DNA of 64,000 bases from Candidatus Babeliales bacterium (GTDB lineage Bacteria; Babelota; Babeliae; Babelales; RVW-14). Shown here one piece after another: positions 36,484 to 44,863 of this stretch. The stretch covers positions 35,423-99,422 of the forward strand of contig JBAZSL010000002.1 of the NCBI GenBank assembly GCA_041662445.1, written 5' to 3'. A program made the position numbers and the translations under genes. The stretch's first letter is position 1; each line of letters opens with the position of its first letter. The notes beneath the pieces were generated by a model. That model saw only the letters and a program-made list of their open reading frames with translations. It searched no databases and was not told the DNA's origin.

Positions 36484-37946
36484 TGAATGAATGTGTTAAG
36501 GCGGCTTTTTGTCGAATTTGGGATAAAGATTTTGTTGTTGATTCTTTGCATAATAAAAAACTTACCGGTAAAGATTTTTTTTCTGCTGTAATGCATTGCA
36601 AGCAACAACTTGAATCCCTTGGACTCTGCAAGCAGGATAAAATTTGTCTTCTGATGAACAACTCCCTTGATCTTGTTGTTATGTATTTTGCCTGTCTTTT
36701 TATGCAATTGATTATTATTCCTATTGATCCGCATAAAGGCCAAAGAGAAATAGATGAGATTTTAAAGATCGTAAACGGCAAAAAAATCTTTTGTGATAAA
36801 ACATCAGAATATCGTGGCACTGATGTCGTGGCGATTGAGTCAATAATGGATAAGTTTTATGCGAGCAACGGAGATGAGATAGGCGATATAAGTCTTATTG
36901 ATGCGCTTGATTTTAGTCATATTTATTTGATTACCTTCACCTCGGGGACGACTGGAGTATGTAAAGGGGTAAGGCATAGTTTTAATAATTTGGTAGCAAG
37001 TGCGAGGGCATTTAATAATCGATTTAACTTTGATCAGCAAAACATTTTTTACCATAATGTGCCGATGACGTATATGGCGGGAATTTTAAACCTCATCATT
37101 CTTCCCTTCGTCGCAGGAAGTACTATTGTTCTCGGTCCTCGCTTTGATGTTTCACAGGTGATGAATTTTTGGGACGTTCCTATTGGCCAAGGGGTGAACA
37201 CCTTTTGGTTTGTGCCAACGATGCTTTCGCTGCTTCTCAGGTTTGATCGTGGTAACAAGGGTGCTGATTATTTGAGAGCGGTAAAAGCGATTGGATGCGT
37301 GGGGACTGCGCCATTGAACGTGCTGGTTAAGAAGCAGTTCGAAGAGAAATATGGTGTGTGCCTATACGAAAGCTATGGACTTTCGGAAACCCTTTTTGTT
37401 GCAACAAATTCTGCCTCTTTGAATATGAATGGGAGCGTTGGTACCTTGCTTGATGGTGTGACGGTGTCTGTTGAAGATGATGGTGAATTGTTGGTATCGG
37501 TTCCGTGGATGTTTTTGGGTTACATGAACATGGACAGCAAGCAAGACTTTGTACGCAGTGGTTTCAAGTCTGGAGACATTGGTGCTTTTGGAGTACATAA
37601 ATTTTTATTCATAACGGACCGAAAAAAGGATTTAATCATTCGCGGAGGGATTAACATTAGCCCCGCGCGGTTGAATCGATTTATCAATGAAACAGGTTTT
37701 TTTGAAGAAAATGTTGTTGTGGGTGTGACTGATGACATCATGGGTGAAAAAAATGTTTGTTTTTTTGTTAAGGAAACGATATTTGAACGTGATCTTGAAA
37801 AAAAACTAAATATGAAAATTATGCATGATCTAGGGACCTCCTATTGCATAGATGAATTTATAAAAATGGATATTATTCCAAAAAATTTAAATGGAAAAGT
37901 TGATGCGCTGAAATTGAGAGAATTTTATTGTAAGAATCATTCATGA
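36480..37946 (+). CDS. adenylate-forming acyl/aminoacyl ligase (AMP-binding family)
   Basis: Core motifs TFTSGTTGVCKG, YGLSET, SGDIG and the RKKDLIIRGG hinge. ATGA overlap with neighbours. Confidence 0.8.
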   Translation: MMNECVKAAFCRIWDKDFVVDSLHNKKLTGKDFFSAVMHCKQQLESLGLCKQDKICLLMNNSLDLVVMYFACLFMQLIIIPIDPHKGQREIDEILKIVNGKKIFCDKTSEYRGTDVVAIESIMDKFYASNGDEIGDISLIDALDFSHIYLITFTSGTTGVCKGVRHSFNNLVASARAFNNRFNFDQQNIFYHNVPMTYMAGILNLIILPFVAGSTIVLGPRFDVSQVMNFWDVPIGQGVNTFWFVPTMLSLLLRFDRGNKGADYLRAVKAIGCVGTAPLNVLVKKQFEEKYGVCLYESYGLSETLFVATNSASLNMNGSVGTLLDGVTVSVEDDGELLVSVPWMFLGYMNMDSKQDFVRSGFKSGDIGAFGVHKFLFITDRKKDLIIRGGINISPARLNRFINETGFFEENVVVGVTDDIMGEKNVCFFVKETIFERDLEKKLNMKIMHDLGTSYCIDEFIKMDIIPKNLNGKVDALKLREFYCKNHS

Positions 37947-38653
37947 TCTTGGATATTGATCACATTGGATATTCATCAACAAACTTCGAAGATGATATTT
38001 GCCTTGTGCAGAGCCTTGGTTTTAACATTAGATTTGTGCAACGGGGAATCAAAAATCAGGATATTAAAAAAAAACTTCTCAGATCTTTTACGATGGAACA
38101 TCACATGGCCTTGTGCGCCCGTTCGTGTGACATAAGCATCGAGGTGGTGCACTACCCACAGGTAGGTCAAAAGCGTGTTGCACAAACATCATTTTTCCCA
38201 TTGGTAGGTAATCAAGAGGCGCAATTACTCAAACAGATCTCAGCACAAGATGATTTAAAACAGCTGAATATTTGCATTTCAGATATTCCCAAAACACTTA
38301 ATTTTTGGAAGGTTCTTGGATTTAATGCTGTTGAGCAGGGGGATGATTATCTTGCCTTTCGGTTCAGATCAATCCTTAACGGCAATGATTATTTTTTGTA
38401 CGCCAAATTGACAAATGCTGCTGTGCATAAAGTTTTTTTAGACGATATTGGGTTTACCTCATTGGCGTTGATTACGTCTTCGGCTTCAAGAGAAAGGGCT
38501 GCTCTTGAAAAACACAATTTTAAAGTAACGCCGATTGAACATGTTGCCATAGGAAATAAAAATTTGAGCATTTTTTTTAGCGAAAGTCCTGATGGACATA
38601 TTGTTGAATTTATTAGTCTTGAGGGTGAAAGTTTTGAGGGAAAATTGGCATGA
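37943..38653 (+). CDS. VOC (glyoxalase/dioxygenase-like) family protein, two modules
   Basis: IDHIGYSS at the N-terminus, a second module starting LNICISDIPKTLNFWKVLGF, and C-terminal GHIVEFISLE. The pattern is only suggestive. Confidence 0.4.
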   Translation: MILDIDHIGYSSTNFEDDICLVQSLGFNIRFVQRGIKNQDIKKKLLRSFTMEHHMALCARSCDISIEVVHYPQVGQKRVAQTSFFPLVGNQEAQLLKQISAQDDLKQLNICISDIPKTLNFWKVLGFNAVEQGDDYLAFRFRSILNGNDYFLYAKLTNAAVHKVFLDDIGFTSLALITSSASRERAALEKHNFKVTPIEHVAIGNKNLSIFFSESPDGHIVEFISLEGESFEGKLA

Positions 38654-39351
38654 AGGATAACTGTAGCATTTACGATGCAAAAAAAACGTGGACGACTTTT
38701 TTTATGCAAGCCGAGATGGCATATCCATGCGAATATGTCATTAGGATTTTCAAAGGAGAGTATCCACGATTAAATTTAAAGAAAGATTGTTTTCTCCACA
38801 AAAAAATATGCGATATTGGTTGTGGGGATGGAAGAAATCTGGTGCTCTTAAAGCAGGTTGGTTTGGATATTTATGGTGTTGAGATAACCAAGGAAATTGT
38901 TGATAAAGCTACCAATAATTTAAGGTCGGGTGGGATTCTTGATGCATCGGTAGTTGTTGGATCCAATAGAGACATCCCATTCGAAGCCGATTTTTTTGAT
39001 TTTCTTTTATCATGGAATGCCTGCTATTACATGGGTGCACGCATTGATTTCGATGCACATGTTGTAGAATTTGCGCGTGTGCTTAAGCCCGGGGGCCGTT
39101 TGATCCTGTCTATTCCCAAAAAATCCTGTTTTATTTATCACGAGAGTGAAACTTCAAGCCCTGGATACCAGGTCATTAAAAATGATCCATTCAATCTCAG
39201 AAATGGCGAGATTTTAAGGATGTTTGATGGTGAAAAAGACATACAAAAGACATTTTCGTCGCATTTTGAAAATTTTGTTTTCGGGTCGATAGAGGATGAT
39301 TGTTTTGGCTTTGATTATCATTGGCATTTAGTGGTGTGTACAAGGAAGTAG
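38650..39351 (+). CDS. class I SAM-dependent methyltransferase
   Basis: ICDIGCGDGRN motif I, FDFLLSWNACYY and LKPGGRLILSIP. Confidence 0.75.
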   Translation: MKDNCSIYDAKKTWTTFFMQAEMAYPCEYVIRIFKGEYPRLNLKKDCFLHKKICDIGCGDGRNLVLLKQVGLDIYGVEITKEIVDKATNNLRSGGILDASVVVGSNRDIPFEADFFDFLLSWNACYYMGARIDFDAHVVEFARVLKPGGRLILSIPKKSCFIYHESETSSPGYQVIKNDPFNLRNGEILRMFDGEKDIQKTFSSHFENFVFGSIEDDCFGFDYHWHLVVCTRK

Positions 39352-39353
39352 CA

Positions 39354-40523
39354 ATGATGTTGGCAACAAGACTTAAAGAGCTCAAGTTTTCTGCAACCAT
39401 AGGAGTTGCTGATAAAGTGAGAGAGTTAGAGGCGTGTGGCGAAAAAATAATTCAACTGAGTGTTGGGCAGCCACATGTGCCAACGCCTATTGAATTCAAA
39501 CAGGGTGCTATCAGTGCGCTTATGAATGATCATGTTTTTTATAGCCACAGCCGCGGTATTTTGGAACTACGAAAGTTAATTATCCAGCGCTACAACACAT
39601 TGTATGGAACATTGTTTGATGCCGAGAAAAATATTTTGATTACGCCCGGCGGAAAACAGGCCATTTATTATTTTATAATGTCGGTACTCAATACAGGTGA
39701 TGAGGTTATCATCCCAACGCCAAGTTGGGTGAGCTATGCAGAAATAGTGAAAATGGCCGGCGGGATGCCTGTTTTTGTTGAGTGTCCAAAAGATAAAAAT
39801 TTTGAAATTTGTTTTGATCTGATTGAGAAGGCGATTACCTCTCGGACTAAAGCAATCATTCTTAATAGCCCTAATAATCCCACCGGTGTTATGGTTAAAA
39901 AAGAAGTTCTTGAGGCGATCAACAATTTGTGTGTGAGTCGCGATATTTTCTTGCTCAGCGATGAAGTGTATGACCAAATTGTTTTTGATAATCAGTGCAA
40001 CGCTTCAATTGTTTCGGTTAACCATACCTTAAAAAATTGTGTAATGATTAACAGCTTTTCAAAAATGTATTCTATGAGCGGTTGGCGTATCGGATATATC
40101 TTAGGAGCCCCGGAGATAATTGGTGCCATGCTCAAATTTCAGCAAAATACCGTGACATGCCCAACAACATTTGCCCAATTTGGAGCTCTGGAAGCCATTA
40201 AGCATGGGGACTGGTTTACCACGCAACTTGTTGAAATGTATCAGGAAAATAGAAATTTTTTGATTGCTGGTTTGCAAAAAATGCGATCCTTTAATTTTGT
40301 ATGTCCCGAAGGGACGTTCTATTTATTCCTTGATGTTTCAAAAATCACTACAGATTCTGCTGCATTTTGTCTTGATTTGCTTTCCAGATGCAAGGTTGCA
40401 GCTGTTCCAGGAATAGCATTTGGCAACAATGGTGAAGGATTTATAAGAATTAGTTTTGCGACGGAAAAGTCAAATCTCGTTTTGTTCCTCCAAAGGTTAA
40501 ACGAAACTTATGAAAGTTGTTGA
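39354..40523 (+). CDS. class I/II PLP-dependent aminotransferase (aspartate aminotransferase-like)
   Basis: LSVGQP, NSPNNPTG and the PLP-lysine motif SFSKMYSMSGWRIGY. AAGGAAG is upstream of the ATG at 39354. Confidence 0.85.
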   Translation: MMLATRLKELKFSATIGVADKVRELEACGEKIIQLSVGQPHVPTPIEFKQGAISALMNDHVFYSHSRGILELRKLIIQRYNTLYGTLFDAEKNILITPGGKQAIYYFIMSVLNTGDEVIIPTPSWVSYAEIVKMAGGMPVFVECPKDKNFEICFDLIEKAITSRTKAIILNSPNNPTGVMVKKEVLEAINNLCVSRDIFLLSDEVYDQIVFDNQCNASIVSVNHTLKNCVMINSFSKMYSMSGWRIGYILGAPEIIGAMLKFQQNTVTCPTTFAQFGALEAIKHGDWFTTQLVEMYQENRNFLIAGLQKMRSFNFVCPEGTFYLFLDVSKITTDSAAFCLDLLSRCKVAAVPGIAFGNNGEGFIRISFATEKSNLVLFLQRLNETYESC

Positions 40524-41187
40524 TCTGACTATTGCTATTGAAGAGGGCATGCAAACATTTAATGCACCCTGGCATCCGGTTGTTGAAATTACTCAGCTTG
40601 GACGACATGGTGTTGAGGGGCGGCAGACATGCCGCTTCTCGTTAGGGTCGCATACAGGAACGCATATGGATGCTCCTTTGCATTTTGTACAGGGAGGGCA
40701 ACCAATAGATGCGATTCCATTTTCAAAAATATTTGGGGAGGTAACAGTTGTAGATTTTTCCTTTCTGCAGGAGGGCGATTGTGTGACGGTGGAACTTCTC
40801 GAAACTGTTGCGCTTACTCAGAAGATTATTTTTAATTTTGGCTGGTCGCGTTATTGGAATACACGGAAATTTTATAAAGGGTATCCATTTTTTTCACCAA
40901 ACGCAGCGCATTATTTAGTTCAAAAGCACGTAGAGCTTGTTGGGATGGATACTCCATCGCCTGATGATAGTCGTATAGTTTTATCTGGGGATATTCTGGG
41001 CGGAGATGATGATTCCCCTGTGCACAAAATTTTTCTGAAAAAAGGCATTGTGCTTTTGGAATATCTTGCAAATCTTGATAAAGTAAAAAAAGATTCTTGT
41101 GGCTGGAAACTTGTAGCCATGCCTCTCAAAATCAGAGGTGCTGACGGAGCTCCAGCTCGTGTTTATATCTATAAGGAAGAGCAGTAG
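40510..41187 (+). CDS. cyclase-family protein (kynurenine formamidase-like metal hydrolase)
   Basis: Signature GSHTGTHMDAPLHF (HxGTHxDxPxH) and about 225 aa. Confidence 0.75.
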   Translation: MKVVDLTIAIEEGMQTFNAPWHPVVEITQLGRHGVEGRQTCRFSLGSHTGTHMDAPLHFVQGGQPIDAIPFSKIFGEVTVVDFSFLQEGDCVTVELLETVALTQKIIFNFGWSRYWNTRKFYKGYPFFSPNAAHYLVQKHVELVGMDTPSPDDSRIVLSGDILGGDDDSPVHKIFLKKGIVLLEYLANLDKVKKDSCGWKLVAMPLKIRGADGAPARVYIYKEEQ

Positions 41188-41456
41188 TGAATCGATCAAC
41201 CGATGTTTCTGATTGGTTAATGCGCTGGTTTGAAGCAAATACAACTGCGACAAGGCAAGAGCTCAATAATTCTCATGACGCTAACTATTTTGAAAAGCGT
41301 TGGATGGACTCTCTCAAATTTGTCGTCTTTATCATGGATGTTGAAGCTCGTTTCAATATTAGTTTTTCAAATGAAGAGTTTCAAAATAGAGACTTTTCGA
41401 CTATAGATGGCCTAAAAAAAATTATTATTAACCACATTGAGTCTTTACATGAATAA
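41187..41456 (+). CDS. acyl/aminoacyl carrier protein-like (89 aa)
   Basis: GTG start overlaps the upstream stop (TAGTG), with AAGGAAG upstream. A DSL serine motif (WMDSLKFVVFIMDVEARF) sits at the helix II position typical of carrier proteins. Confidence 0.55.
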   Translation: MNRSTDVSDWLMRWFEANTTATRQELNNSHDANYFEKRWMDSLKFVVFIMDVEARFNISFSNEEFQNRDFSTIDGLKKIIINHIESLHE

Positions 41457-42225
41457 ATACGATTATTCTTTGCCCAGTATTGTTAATGCTTTACAGCGTG
41501 TTGGTATCACACGTGGGAGCACTATTTTTGTTCATAGCAACCTTGGATTTTTCGGCATGCTTCAGAATGCCATCGAGCCATCTGATTATTACACTATTTT
41601 CAAGGAAGCGATTTTTGACGTGATTGGCGACACTGGAACTTTAGTTCTTCCGACATTCAGTTACAGCTTTTGTAAAAAAGAAATTTTTGACCCGGAAAAA
41701 ACGCCCGGTGTCTGTGGCCTTTTGTCAGAATGTGCGCGCTTAGATGAACATGCGAAGCGATATAATGATGCAAATTTCTCTGTGGTTGCTCTTGGGAAGA
41801 ATGCAGATCTTTTTACGCACGATGCCACAGAATATTCATTTGGCCCCGGTTCATTTTGGGATCGTTTTCTTAAGCAGAATGGCATTTTTTGCAACTTCAA
41901 TTTTGATGCAGGGTCGACTTTTATTCACTATGTCGAAAGAGAATTGGGTGTTGGTTATCGGTTTGATAAGGCTTTTTGCGGGGTTACTCGTTCAGGAAAC
42001 GTTTTACACGAGCGAGTTTTTTATCATTTCTGTTATGACCTTACAAAGCCTGAACATGGCCCTGAATTTTCCAAGTTTGATAAAAGGGCCAAGGCTACTG
42101 GGCTTGCACGTGTTGCCAATCTTGGGCGTGGGCAAATAGTGGCTATTTCTGCGGGTGATACGTTCACGCTCATTCGGCAGGAACTGATATTGGATGGTGG
42201 ATTTTTGACTAAAGGTTGGATGTAG
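41449..42225 (+). CDS. AAC(3)-family (Antibiotic_NAT-like) N-acyltransferase
   Basis: LQRVGITRGSTIFVHSNLGFFG, GTLVLPTFSYSF and STFIHYVE match the aminoglycoside 3-N-acetyltransferase fold family. The start could be ATG 41449 or TTG 41437. Confidence 0.7.
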   Translation: MNKYDYSLPSIVNALQRVGITRGSTIFVHSNLGFFGMLQNAIEPSDYYTIFKEAIFDVIGDTGTLVLPTFSYSFCKKEIFDPEKTPGVCGLLSECARLDEHAKRYNDANFSVVALGKNADLFTHDATEYSFGPGSFWDRFLKQNGIFCNFNFDAGSTFIHYVERELGVGYRFDKAFCGVTRSGNVLHERVFYHFCYDLTKPEHGPEFSKFDKRAKATGLARVANLGRGQIVAISAGDTFTLIRQELILDGGFLTKGWM

Positions 42226-42226
42226 G

Positions 42227-43552
42227 ATGCGGGATCTTCAGATGTATCGACTTATGCAAAGGCTCTATCCAATCTGCAGAAGTATTACCGGTGACGGGGT
42301 TAGGCAAACGCTACGAATTATCCAGGAATATATTCCAATAAAAATTTCAGAAGTATCTACGGGAACGAATGTTTTTGATTGGACCGTCCCCAGAGAATGG
42401 AATATCAGAGATGCATATATAAAGAATTCGCGGGGAGAAAAAATTGTTGATTTTAAAGAATCCAACATTCACGTGCTCAATTACAGTATTCCTGTGAACA
42501 AAAGAATGGGACTTGAAGAACTGAAACAGCATCTTTTTTCGTTGCCAGAACACCCAGAATGGATTCCCTACTTAACGTCATATTATAAGGACAATTGGGG
42601 GTTTTGTTTAAGCCATAAGCAGTACGAATCACTTCAAGAAGATACTTATGAGGTGGTTATAGATTCAAGCCTAGAGAATGGATCGTTAACTTTTGCAGAG
42701 CTCGAAATACCAGGGCAATCTGAAAAAGAAATTTTGTTTACGTGCTATGTTTGTCATCCATCATTGTGTAATGACAATTTGAGCGGTGTTGTTTTATTGA
42801 CCTTCTTGGCGCAACATATGCTTGGCACAAGCCTGAAATATTCATATCGATTTTTATTTATTCCTGAAACCATTGGTGCTATTGCATGGTTAGCAATCAA
42901 CGAGCAGAAAGTACGTAATATCCAGTATGGACTTCTTGCAACTTGTGTAGGTGACGATGGATTTTCAACATACAAAAAAACGCGAAATGAAAATTCATTC
43001 ATCGATAGAGTTGTTGAAAAGGTTTTGATCGACAGTGGTGAACCTTATAAAATACTGCCCTATTCTCCTTACGGAAGCGATGAACGACAATTTAGTTCGC
43101 CAGGTTTTGCAATCCCGATGGGTTCTTTGATGCGAACGTCCTATGGCTGTTTCCCTGAATATCATACATCTGCAGACAATCTGGACTTTATAAAACCAAT
43201 GTCGTTAGAAAACTCATTAAATAAGTATCTGCGTACTATTTTTGTTGTAGAAAACAATAGGTTGCTTATCAGCACAAACCCAAAATGTGAGCCACAGCTC
43301 GGTAAAAGAGGTCTCTATAAAGACATTGGAAGCAGAAAAAAATCAGAATATTTGGAGGAAGCAATTTTTTGGCTTCTGAATTTGTGCGATGGATCGTGTT
43401 CACTTCTGGATATTGCGATTCGTTCTAAGTTGCCATTTGAAGATGTCAAAGAAGCGGCCATGCTTTTATGTGAGCATGGGTTACTTAATGAAATAACCGA
43501 GCAAGGTTATGCACATGAAATGTTTGGCAATCATTCCTGCACGTGGCGGTAG
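42227..43552 (+). CDS. DUF4910/M28 aminopeptidase-like domain protein of polysaccharide loci
   Basis: The N-terminal pattern LYPICRSITGDGVRQTL...VFDWTVPREWNI...HVLNYSIP...IPYLTSYYKDNWGFC is characteristic of the DUF2172/DUF4910 aminopeptidase-like family. There is a C-terminal wHTH-like tail. Confidence 0.65.
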   Translation: MRDLQMYRLMQRLYPICRSITGDGVRQTLRIIQEYIPIKISEVSTGTNVFDWTVPREWNIRDAYIKNSRGEKIVDFKESNIHVLNYSIPVNKRMGLEELKQHLFSLPEHPEWIPYLTSYYKDNWGFCLSHKQYESLQEDTYEVVIDSSLENGSLTFAELEIPGQSEKEILFTCYVCHPSLCNDNLSGVVLLTFLAQHMLGTSLKYSYRFLFIPETIGAIAWLAINEQKVRNIQYGLLATCVGDDGFSTYKKTRNENSFIDRVVEKVLIDSGEPYKILPYSPYGSDERQFSSPGFAIPMGSLMRTSYGCFPEYHTSADNLDFIKPMSLENSLNKYLRTIFVVENNRLLISTNPKCEPQLGKRGLYKDIGSRKKSEYLEEAIFWLLNLCDGSCSLLDIAIRSKLPFEDVKEAAMLLCEHGLLNEITEQGYAHEMFGNHSCTWR

Positions 43553-44243
43553 TTTAAGAATTCCGCGTAAGAATATAAAAGCATTTTGTGGCCAGCCAAT
43601 TATTGCCTATTCAATTGCAGCCGCGCTGAGATCTGGATGCTTTAGTGAAATTATGGTTTCAACTGAAGATGATGAGATAGCTGCGGTTGCTGCGCATTGT
43701 GGTGCAAAGATTCCCTTTAAGCGGTCGTTCAGGACCGCGGATAATTACGCAACACTTGTTGATGTCGTTGAAGAGGTGGTTAGAGACTATCGAAAGATTG
43801 ATATTTATTTTGATTATGTTTGTTGCATTTTAGCGACCGCGCCCTTTATTACGACCGGTATGGTGCAACAAAGTTATGAGATTTTAATTAATCGCTCAGC
43901 TGATGCGGTTATTTCGGTTGTCCGCTTCGACTATCCCATTCAACGAGGACTAAAGCTTGAGGATGGTTTTATAAGAATGATGTGGCCAGAAAATTATGAA
44001 AAACGGTCACAAGATTTGGAGTCGGTCTACCATGATGCCGGATTATTCTATTGGCTACGGACTGAAAGTCTGTTGAGGCAGAAGCGCTTTTATATGGAGA
44101 GGAGTATTCCCTTTGAATTATCACATGCCAATGTACACGATATAGATACGTTGGAAGATTGGCAAATTGCAGAATTCAAATATATGTTTTTTCACAACGC
44201 AAACAAACTGAAGCAGGCGAACGATGGCGCAGCTTATAAGTGA
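43515..44243 (+). CDS. pseF: pseudaminic acid cytidylyltransferase (CMP-Pse synthetase)
   Basis: AIIPARGGSLRIPRKNIK, VSTEDDEIA, ATAPF and HDAGLFYW match the PseF/NeuA-type cytidylyltransferase pattern. Confidence 0.85.
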   Translation: MKCLAIIPARGGSLRIPRKNIKAFCGQPIIAYSIAAALRSGCFSEIMVSTEDDEIAAVAAHCGAKIPFKRSFRTADNYATLVDVVEEVVRDYRKIDIYFDYVCCILATAPFITTGMVQQSYEILINRSADAVISVVRFDYPIQRGLKLEDGFIRMMWPENYEKRSQDLESVYHDAGLFYWLRTESLLRQKRFYMERSIPFELSHANVHDIDTLEDWQIAEFKYMFFHNANKLKQANDGAAYK

Positions 44244-44844
44244 ACAAGAAAAATTTTGGGTAGATACATTCGGTGACGAATATACTGATAGAAATCAGGG
44301 GGCTGAGTTGTTGGCAAGCAATATTGCATTGTTTGCTCGTATAGTTCGTAGTACCGGAAGAATTAATTCTATTTTGGAAATTGGTGCCAATAGAGGACTT
44401 AATTTACAGGCGCTAAAAATTTTGATTCCGCATGTCCAATTGGCGGCGGTAGAAATTAATTCATATGCGTGCAAAAAACTTGCAACGATAAGTGATGTAG
44501 AGATTTATAATCAATCAATTGTTGAATTCTCTGTGCAAAAAACGTACGACGTTGTGTTGTCCAAAGGCGTTTTAATTCATATAAATCCGGAACAACTGCC
44601 ACATGTTTATGATGTTATGTATCGTAGCTCACATAAATACATCTGTGTGATCGAGTACTATAATCCAAAGCCAGTATCGCTTGAATATCGCGGATATGCG
44701 CAGAAGTTGTTTAAGCGTGATTTTGCAGGTGAAATTTTAGACAGATTTCACGATGTGGCGCTTGTTGATTATGGTTTTGCCTATCACCGCGATACATACT
44801 TTGCGCAGGATGATATAACATGGTTTTTATTGGAAAAAAAATAA
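44224..44844 (+). CDS. pseudaminic acid biosynthesis-associated methylase-like SAM methyltransferase
   Basis: N-terminus EQEKFWVDTFGDEYTDRN, ILEIGANRGLNL and YDVVLSKGVLIHI. It lies directly after pseF. Confidence 0.65.
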   Translation: MAQLISEQEKFWVDTFGDEYTDRNQGAELLASNIALFARIVRSTGRINSILEIGANRGLNLQALKILIPHVQLAAVEINSYACKKLATISDVEIYNQSIVEFSVQKTYDVVLSKGVLIHINPEQLPHVYDVMYRSSHKYICVIEYYNPKPVSLEYRGYAQKLFKRDFAGEILDRFHDVALVDYGFAYHRDTYFAQDDITWFLLEKK

Positions 44845-44863
44845 AGAAATGAGGAGAGGTACT

